Assembly: GCA_964490485.1 (NCBI GenBank)
Contig: CAZBCT010000002.1
Span: forward strand, 18,993-50,992
From: an uncultured Candidatus Brocadia sp.
Lineage (GTDB): Bacteria; Planctomycetota; Brocadiia; Brocadiales; Brocadiaceae
Length of the DNA: 32,000 nucleotides
Direction: 5' to 3'
Of this stretch, positions 9,701 through 15,196 are shown piece after piece. The position numbers and the translations under genes were made by a program. The notes under the pieces are model-generated. The model made no database searches and was not told the origin of the DNA. It saw only the letters and a list, made by a program, of their open reading frames with translations. Position 1 is the stretch's first letter; each line of letters begins with the position of its first letter.

Positions 9701-9854
9701 CTATGGCCCTCTGACATGCCACCCGCGCCTCAAGGCTCAATTCTCCGTTTCCTGCAACAGACTCTCCAACACACATTCCTATACTGAGAATCCACAGCAA
9801 CCATATCAACCAATACCTACCACACAAAACATTCATTACATACTTGCGCGACAT
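6789..9854 (-). CDS. Exported or membrane-anchored protein: signal/anchor, conserved N-terminal domain of unknown function, acidic linker, and 14 Kelch-type beta-propeller blades
   Basis: ORF runs 6789-10007. I place the start at the ATG at 9854 (MSRKYVMNVLCGRYWLIWLLWILSIGMCVG...), which is preceded by GGAAAGGAGGAG and starts a signal-like hydrophobic segment. There are 14 repeats of HTAVWTGTxMIVWGG(x5-9)NTGGRYNPSTNTWTPT. Confidence 0.85.
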   Translation of the reverse strand: MSRKYVMNVLCGRYWLIWLLWILSIGMCVGESVAGNGELSLEARVACQRAIEEVYWRHTIWPEANPSLKPPLSDVLSEDELEKKVEEVLRKSKALEELWHHPITGSDLQAEMERMAETTRNPDMLRELWSALGNDPQLIAEVLARQTLAERLIHGWYAFDERYHGRLKKRAMKSIRGHDRIEDMKDMKGAYHEMEWRKGNGRGGVLPPGHEGESSEENTKDNISGDTLELSEDEWQEETGRLSEIFGEKEDNIPVGRVSGLQEDAERFYVVEVLQKETDQVKVAVVEWRKVDFGKWWSRENERFAHEVEGEAFTYSLPEIAAVPLPYASVPNTWSPTAASQVPSRSGHTAVWTGAQMIVWGGYGGITYGYQNNGVRYNPSTNSWQQMSLAGAPTGRTGHSAVWTGTEMIIWGGNDSAGNLNTGGRYNLSANSWTPTTTTGAPSGRRYHTAVWTGTQMIVWGGWNGSYLNTGGRYSPSTNTWTSTATTGVPSGRRYHTAVWTGTQMIVWGGWNGTTYLNTGGRYSPSTNTWATTNTSGVPGARELHTAVWTGTEMIVWGGYNGGYLNTGGRYNPSANTWTPTLLSAVTPSGRRYHTAVWTGTVMIVWGGVDAINFLGTGGRYSPSTNSWISTAVTGAPIARQLHTAVWTNTEMIVWGGYGSSSYLNTGGRYNPSLNSWTTTSTTTLGAPGARYWHTAVWTGTQMIVWGGWNGTTYFNTGGRYSPSTNSWSATSITNVPTARARHTVVWTGTQMIVWGGVGITGNQYWNTGGRYNPSTNTWTPTSTTGAPSARVAHTAVWTSTEMIVWGGRDAINYLNTGGRYNPVSDTWAPTSASILSPRGGHAAVWAGGWMIVWGGAGSSGYVNTGGRYNPSSGQWLPISTTGAPSARIYFTWVWTGTEMIIWGGQGFSSGSIWLYTGYRYNPSTNTWTPTTTTGAPSGRDSHTAVWTGTQMIVWGGWNGTNYFNSGGRYNPSTNTWTPTASIGAPSGRYGHTAVWTNTEMIVWGGYNGASSLNTGGLYFP
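6795..8830 (-). repeat. In-frame tandem DNA repeat (period ~144-159 bp, 14 copies) encoding the Kelch blades
   Basis: Recurring strings such as ccccacacgatcatctg(c/t)gt(g/a)cc(c/t)gtcca(t/c)accgccgtgtg recur once per repeat unit through the region. Confidence 0.9.
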
Positions 9855-10198
9855 ATACTCTCCTCCTTTCCTGGTGCTAAGCAAATCCGTTAAAAGTAAT
9901 AAACGATTTTCCAAAGCATACATTCCTGTAAAAGGCTTGCATTGCCTGCTCTCATGTAACCGCACGGCTTCAGCCTGCGTATATATGACTCTATTGAAAA
10001 AGTCCAATATTCAGCATTTTTTAAAAATCCATAAGTCGTAAATTGTTGATATGATTTAATCTAAGTTTTGTGAATTTTGTAAAACAGGGGTTTTTCAACA
10101 GAGTCATATATGTGCACAATATGGCAATAGTTTCAGATGCATACGTAAGTGCAGCATACCCAAAATGTGCACACTAAAGGGATGCGGCTACACCCTAG

Positions 10199-10255
10199 GA
10201 AACAAAAAAGCCTTACTGCAAAAATGTTAATTAAAACATCCTCGGCAGTAAGGCT
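10199..10255 (-). terminator. Intrinsic terminator, strongest on the minus strand and weaker on the plus strand
   Basis: Minus strand: AGCCTTACTGC (10255-10245) pairs with GCAGTAAGGCT (10219-10209). An inner ATGTT/AACAT extension is present. TTTTTTGTTT follows at 10208-10199. Confidence 0.65.
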
Positions 10256-10284
10256 ATCTTTTTAAACCTATCCGTTGAAAATAA

Positions 10285-10385
10285 AGGACTTTTATTGTCC
10301 CCGTATACTTCCTTGTACCCCGGAAAGACCCTTTCCTTTGCGTCCCCCGATCACTCAGGGTTTGCCTTTGTCGCAGTGCTCTATT
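10285..10385 (-). promoter_or_regulatory. Candidate c-di-GMP-I (GEMM-I)-like riboswitch aptamer in the leader of the Kelch-repeat gene
   Basis: Minus strand 10371-10315 reads ACAAAGGCAAA-CCCUGA-GUGA-UCGGGG-GACGCAAAGGAAAGGGUCUUUCCGGGGUAC. The GGCAAACC block, a 6-bp stem with a GNRA loop and the GGGACGCAAAG block sit at the spacing I recall for GEMM-I. The 3' half (P3/P1) could not be aligned convincingly by eye. Confidence 0.5.
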
Positions 10386-10419
10386 TATGTTTAAATACTG
10401 TCAGTTTTAAATTGCGGCC

Positions 10420-10448
10420 AATTTACAAAATAAATGGATTCCTGTCAA
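10420..10448 (-). promoter_or_regulatory. sigma70-type promoter candidate driving the riboswitch-like leader
   Basis: Minus strand: TTGACA (10448-10443), 17-nt spacer, TAAATT (10425-10420). The predicted TSS is near 10413. Confidence 0.45.
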
Positions 10449-10563
10449 GCAAATAATAAAGTACCTATTTTCATTGAAATTAATCCCGGGAAAAAGCCAC
10501 CCGGACTATTTTGTCAATGAAACTGAGTTTCACGGACCGAATAGTTTTGGATAACTTTATCCT

Positions 10564-10591
10564 TTGTGTCTTCATTACTTTGTGGCATAAT
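10564..10591 (+). promoter_or_regulatory. Extended -10 promoter candidate for the JAB-DinG gene (would give a leaderless mRNA)
   Basis: TTGTGT (10564-10569), 16-nt spacer ending in TGG, CATAAT (10586-10591). The A of the ATG at 10598 is 7 nt after the -10 element, and no Shine-Dalgarno is visible. Confidence 0.35.
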
Positions 10592-10597
10592 TAAAAT

Positions 10598-13219
10598 ATG
10601 AAAACGACTGCATGGCTGGCTAAAGAATTCATACTGCCCGGCGCCGTTTCTTCCATCAGAGACGCAATAGAAAAGGCGGGGGGAAATGAGATATTCATGG
10701 TGGGAAGGCTTAACGACGACCTCATGGTGACGGATGTTGATGTCTATGCCATGGGCAATAGAACAGCCGTACCGGCTCTGATAAAAGAGGCAAAATGCGG
10801 GGACGTTATTATCCACAACCACACGGATGGGGGGTTGGAACCATCCGATGCGGACCTTGAGATTGCTTCATATATGGGGTCTCAGAATGTGGGATGCTAT
10901 ATCGTGGACAATACCGTGGAATTTGTATACCCTGTGGTAAGGGTAATGAAAGGGCGGATATGTAAAAAGCTAACCTTCAGCGAACTATCCGCACAATTTC
11001 AGCCCGGAGGAAATTTTGCACGGCACTTGCCTCAATATGAATACCGCAAGCCGCAGGTCGAGATGCTGAAGTCCGCCGTTGACGCCTTTAATGAAGACAA
11101 AATTGCCGTGATTGAGGCGGGGACAGGGACGGGGAAATCCATGGCATATCTGGTTCCTGCCGTATCCTGGAGTATAAAAAACCAGGAACGGGTAGTAGTT
11201 TCCACCCATACGATAAATCTCCAGGAACAATTAATTGAGAAAGATATCCCGATACTCAGGACTTGTTGCGGACTTGATTTCAAGAGTGTCCTGGTAAAAG
11301 GAAGAAATAATTACGTGTGCCTCAGAAAGGTTTCCAATGTACGTTCTGATAGCGGCACGCTGATTGAAGACAAAGATCGCCGGCAACTGAACGATCTGTT
11401 AGCATGGGCAGCAAAGACGCGGGACGGGAGCAAGGCCGACCTGAATTTTGTGCCACAGGAGGACGTCTGGGAGGCAATTCAATCTGAGGCAGACCAGTGC
11501 ACACGGCTGAAGTGCCCGTTTTATGACGAGTGCTTTTTTTATATCGCCCGGAGAAATGCAGCCAGCGCGGATATTTTGGTCATAAATCACTATCTCCTGA
11601 TGGCCGATCTGATGGTACGCAAGGAAACGAAGGGGTACGACGCCGTGGCTATTTTACCTCCCTTCCAGAAAATTATTATTGATGAAGCGCACCACCTTGA
11701 AGATGTGGCAACGGCAAATCTCAGCACGACGATTTCGAGATTACGGATCGTAAAACTCCTGGGGAGGTTGGTCAATCTCAAGGATGCGAGAAAAGGACTG
11801 TTGCAGTACCTGAAGAGCAAATTCAAAGAAGTGAGTTCTGTGCATGACAAGGATATTGCAGAAAAAATTACCGACAGAATCAACACGGAAATCCTGGAGG
11901 CGCGACAGCTTCTCTATGATACCGTGCAGGGAATTTTTGAAGATATGTCCCAGACGGTAAGTAATTATAGTATTCACACCGGATTGCAAAAAGAAGCGAT
12001 GAAGGATGAAGAACTCCGGTTTCGCATTACCGACAGTTTTATTGCTACCGATCTGTGGCGGGATGTTATCGAGAATCAACTCAGAAAATTAAGCGCTGAT
12101 ATCCGGAGATTTGTTTCTCTCTTAACGTCACTCCTCGATGAATTGGCGGAACTCTCAAAGAAATCACAGGACGTTTTGTCGTCTGTGCTGATCGATATCC
12201 TATCGTGCAAGATGCGATTGAAGTTAGTGGCAAACGAGATTGACGCCTTTATTGTTGAGAATGAAAAGGTTTGCAAATGGATTGAGATGAAGAGATACGC
12301 AGGGGAACCGGCCATCAGGTTTTGCGCTGCGCCGCTTTCAGTTTCCGAAGATTTAAAGACCTGCCTCTACGATCATTATCGTACGATACTCCTGACATCA
12401 GCTACCCTGGCAACCAACAAGACCTTTACCTTTTTCAAAGACAGTATTGGCTTGCACCAGATTCCAGAAAGGCAATTATCTGAACTGATCCTGGATTCTC
12501 CCTTTGATTACCAGCGTCAATCGATTCTTGGCATTCCCACAGACATTGCAGAACCCGGCCAGCCGGGGTATGTTTCGGCGCTGGAAGCGAGCATCTTGCA
12601 GGCCATACAAATCTCAGAAGGCCGTGCGTTAGTCCTGTTTACCTCATACAGCCTTCTCAATGATCTTTATCAGAGGTTAGAACCACAGATTACGCGACTC
12701 GGTTATGTTTGTCTGAAGCAGGGAGCGGGCAGTCGACACAACCTCCTTGAGGCATTTAAAAAAGACGCGACGTCGGTCTTGTTTGCTACAGACAGTTTCT
12801 GGGAAGGGATTGATGTACGGGGGGATGCGCTGGAATGCGTCATCCTCACCCGCTTGCCGTTTAAAGTGCCGACACAGCCCATCATTGAGGCAAGGGTCGA
12901 GGCTATTGAAAAGGCAGGGGGTGATGCCTTTTTGCAATATTCCGTACCTATGGCGGTGATTAAATTCAAACAGGGCTTTGGACGGCTCATACGCAGTCGC
13001 GAGGATAAGGGCGTAGTGGTTGTTTTCGACCGCCGGATAGTTACCAAAAGATATGGGCGTGTCTTTCTTCAATCACTTCCGGATATCAGGTGTATTAAGG
13101 ATAAGAGAGACGTTGTTTTTCAGGAAATGAGGCTCTTTTTCGGTGGCGGCACTGCTTTTTCCCGGCAGGGAAAAGAGAGTCCTTCCGGCAAGACCTCGAA
13201 GCACTCTCTCCATGAATAG
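10598..13219 (+). CDS. dinG: RadC-like JAB/MPN (JAMM) domain fused to a DinG/XPD-family Fe-S ATP-dependent DNA helicase
   Basis: 873 aa. N-terminus: E31 then H73-N-H75-TDGGLEP-S83-DA-D86, which fits ExnHxHx7SxxD. Helicase: EAGTGTGKS (Walker A), IIDEAHHLED (DEAH), four Cys (VC ... QCTRLKCPFYDEC, spacing C-x4-C-x5-C as in DinG) and QGFGRLIRS (motif VI). Confidence 0.85.
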   Translation: MKTTAWLAKEFILPGAVSSIRDAIEKAGGNEIFMVGRLNDDLMVTDVDVYAMGNRTAVPALIKEAKCGDVIIHNHTDGGLEPSDADLEIASYMGSQNVGCYIVDNTVEFVYPVVRVMKGRICKKLTFSELSAQFQPGGNFARHLPQYEYRKPQVEMLKSAVDAFNEDKIAVIEAGTGTGKSMAYLVPAVSWSIKNQERVVVSTHTINLQEQLIEKDIPILRTCCGLDFKSVLVKGRNNYVCLRKVSNVRSDSGTLIEDKDRRQLNDLLAWAAKTRDGSKADLNFVPQEDVWEAIQSEADQCTRLKCPFYDECFFYIARRNAASADILVINHYLLMADLMVRKETKGYDAVAILPPFQKIIIDEAHHLEDVATANLSTTISRLRIVKLLGRLVNLKDARKGLLQYLKSKFKEVSSVHDKDIAEKITDRINTEILEARQLLYDTVQGIFEDMSQTVSNYSIHTGLQKEAMKDEELRFRITDSFIATDLWRDVIENQLRKLSADIRRFVSLLTSLLDELAELSKKSQDVLSSVLIDILSCKMRLKLVANEIDAFIVENEKVCKWIEMKRYAGEPAIRFCAAPLSVSEDLKTCLYDHYRTILLTSATLATNKTFTFFKDSIGLHQIPERQLSELILDSPFDYQRQSILGIPTDIAEPGQPGYVSALEASILQAIQISEGRALVLFTSYSLLNDLYQRLEPQITRLGYVCLKQGAGSRHNLLEAFKKDATSVLFATDSFWEGIDVRGDALECVILTRLPFKVPTQPIIEARVEAIEKAGGDAFLQYSVPMAVIKFKQGFGRLIRSREDKGVVVVFDRRIVTKRYGRVFLQSLPDIRCIKDKRDVVFQEMRLFFGGGTAFSRQGKESPSGKTSKHSLHE

Positions 13220-13270
13220 TAAGGGAAAGAACAGAAAAAAACATTAGCACATTTTAGAGGGCATATCACA

Positions 13271-14164
13271 ATGAAGGTTTTTTTGACAGGTAGTACAGGC
13301 TTCGTAGGGAAACAGATACTCCACGATTTACTCGAAAAAAAGTATCAGGTGAGGTGCATTGTTCGGCAGGGTTCCGAACAAAAGATTGCACATCACAAAG
13401 AGGCAGAGATCGTACACGGTGATATTACCGATGCAGGCAGTTTACAGGGCAAACTGGCGGGATGCGATGCCGTGATTAACCTCGTAGGCATTATCAGAGA
13501 GTTCCCAGGAAAGGGGATTACCTTTGAGAAATTACATTATGAGGGAACGGTGCATCTTGCCAAAGCAGCGCAGAAACAGGGTGTCCGGCGGTTTATTCAG
13601 ATGAGCGCGCTCGGGGCGCGAAGAGACGGCAAGACCCAATATCAGCAAACCAAGTTCCGCGCAGAAGAATGTGTCAGAAATAGCGGGCTTGATTATACGA
13701 TCTTTCGTCCGTCAATTATTTACGGACCGGAAGATAAATTCGTCAATCTCTTTGCCGGCATGCTGAAGACACAGCAATTTGTGCCCGTTGTCGGCAACGG
13801 CAGGTATCAGATGCAACCCGTGTCCGTGGAAAATGTGTCGATGGGCTTTATAAAAGCCATAGAACAGAAAGATTCCATCGGAAAAATTTTTACTGTTGGC
13901 GGCCCGGAAAAGATTGAGTTTAATCACATTATTGACATCATTGGCAGCGTCCTATGCGTGCCCCCGCATAAACTCCATATTCCGGTATTCATCATGACCC
14001 TTGCGGCAGAAATGCTCGATTGGCTGCCCGCCTTCCCTGTGACGAAAGACCAAATTAGCATGCTCCTGGAAGGCAATACCTGTGATGAAAAGCCATTTTT
14101 TGATCACTTTAGCATAAGGCCTATTGAATTTAAACAAGGTATCTCCAAATACCTTACGTCATGA
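13271..14164 (+). CDS. Atypical short-chain dehydrogenase/NAD(P)-binding protein (NDUFA9/NmrA-like epimerase family)
   Basis: 297 aa. MKVFLTGSTGFVGKQIL is the GxxGxxG Rossmann motif. Family-typical FRPSIIYGPEDKF is present. Confidence 0.75.
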   Translation: MKVFLTGSTGFVGKQILHDLLEKKYQVRCIVRQGSEQKIAHHKEAEIVHGDITDAGSLQGKLAGCDAVINLVGIIREFPGKGITFEKLHYEGTVHLAKAAQKQGVRRFIQMSALGARRDGKTQYQQTKFRAEECVRNSGLDYTIFRPSIIYGPEDKFVNLFAGMLKTQQFVPVVGNGRYQMQPVSVENVSMGFIKAIEQKDSIGKIFTVGGPEKIEFNHIIDIIGSVLCVPPHKLHIPVFIMTLAAEMLDWLPAFPVTKDQISMLLEGNTCDEKPFFDHFSIRPIEFKQGISKYLTS

Positions 14165-14182
14165 GAGGTATTGATACGGCAC

Positions 14183-15187
14183 ATGACTAACACGAACTAT
14201 TCCCAGGTTGATTATCTCCTGCAGCTCAGTTGTGGCTACTGGAAATCCCAGGCGCTCTTTACCGCAGTAGAATTTGATATCTTTACGATGATTAACAAAG
14301 GTAAGCTTACCGCCAAAGAAATTTCTCAAGCCATCGGGGCAAATGAACGGGCAACCGGGATGCTTCTCAACGCGCTTGTTTCCCTTGATTTGCTTACCAA
14401 ACAGGAAGACTATTACACAAACTCCTCGCTGTCGAATTGCTATCTGATCAAAGGAAATCCTTATTATCTCGGCGATTTTATCCATCATTTCCATAATATG
14501 ACGGATACCTGGGCAATGCTCCGGGAGACGATCGAAACGGGAAATCCGATTTCTTTGAAGGACCTGCCTGAAGAAGTTGACCCCCATGATCTGCGGGATT
14601 TTATTACGGCCATGCATAATATTGCTTCAGTAAAAGCTGAGGAGCTTTGCAGCAAGATCGACTTACAAGGGGCAAACGCGCTGCTGGATATTGCCGGCGG
14701 CCCGGGCACGTATGCCATTGCGCTTGCAAAGGCCAACCCGAGGCTCCATGCCGTTGTCTTTGATTTGGAGCATACCATTAAACTCACCCGTGAATTCATT
14801 GCGTCTGCACAGATAGAAGACCGCGTTACCACACAAGCGGGGAATTGCCTGGAGGATTCCTTTGGTGAAAATAGGTACGATGCAATTTTAGTCTCAAATC
14901 TTTTGCATATCTACAATCCTGCAAACAATGCTTTAATACTCAAGAAGTGCCGTGATGCGCTGAAAAACTGCGGTCAGATTGTTATCCATGAATTTGTCCT
15001 GGATGAAACCAGAACGCATCCGCAATTTGCCGCACTCTTCAGTCTCAATATGCTCGTCGGCACGCAAGAGGGTGCGTCTTACAGCGAGACTGAGTACCGG
15101 ACATGGTTGACAAACGCCGGGTTTGAGGATATCAAGAGGATTGATCTGAGTTCCAATTCGACCTTGATTCTTGGTAAGAAAAGGTAA
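14183..15187 (+). CDS. Class I SAM-dependent O-methyltransferase (Methyltransf_2 type, with N-terminal dimerisation/wHTH domain)
   Basis: LLDIAGGPGTYAIALA (motif I), VVFDL (acidic post-I) and DAILVSNLLHIY (catalytic His region). The ORF track starts at a TTG at 14171; the first ATG is 14183. Confidence 0.8.
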   Translation: MTNTNYSQVDYLLQLSCGYWKSQALFTAVEFDIFTMINKGKLTAKEISQAIGANERATGMLLNALVSLDLLTKQEDYYTNSSLSNCYLIKGNPYYLGDFIHHFHNMTDTWAMLRETIETGNPISLKDLPEEVDPHDLRDFITAMHNIASVKAEELCSKIDLQGANALLDIAGGPGTYAIALAKANPRLHAVVFDLEHTIKLTREFIASAQIEDRVTTQAGNCLEDSFGENRYDAILVSNLLHIYNPANNALILKKCRDALKNCGQIVIHEFVLDETRTHPQFAALFSLNMLVGTQEGASYSETEYRTWLTNAGFEDIKRIDLSSNSTLILGKKR

Positions 15188-15196
15188 CATCAGCCG

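Noticed and set aside
6690-9893. Many plus-strand ORFs (for example 6690-7226, 8658-8963, 8918-9400, 9225-9482) opposite the Kelch-repeat gene
   Set aside because: They are antisense shadows of a long, repeat-rich minus-strand ORF. Their products are low-complexity (Pro/Ser/Cys/Arg-rich) with no motifs, and they are broken at every repeat.
9855-10007. 51-codon N-terminal extension of the Kelch ORF (MDFFNRVIYTQ...)
   Set aside because: The strong GGAGG Shine-Dalgarno and the signal-peptide-like segment begin at the ATG at 9854. The extension has no RBS and overlaps a promoter-like element.
10290-10345. GGAAAGGGUCUUUCCGGGG resembles the RNase P RNA (GAGGAAAGUCCGGGC) or SRP RNA (GGUCCGGAAGGAAG) cores
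   Set aside because: Only a few bases match. The flanks lack the other universally conserved helices, and the promoter-to-terminator unit (~210 nt) is too short for RNase P RNA. The GEMM-I blocks fit much better.
10514-10822. 102-aa minus-strand ORF overlapping the dinG start
   Set aside because: It is antisense to the well-supported JAB domain coding sequence, and it has no RBS or motif.
2524-13219. Idea that the GIY-YIG fusion, RNase HII-like protein and JAB-DinG form a defence or repair island
   Set aside because: They lie on different strands in separate transcription units. They are separated by asd and a 3-kb surface-protein gene. No mobility genes, tRNA or flanking repeats are present. 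I treat them as independent loci.
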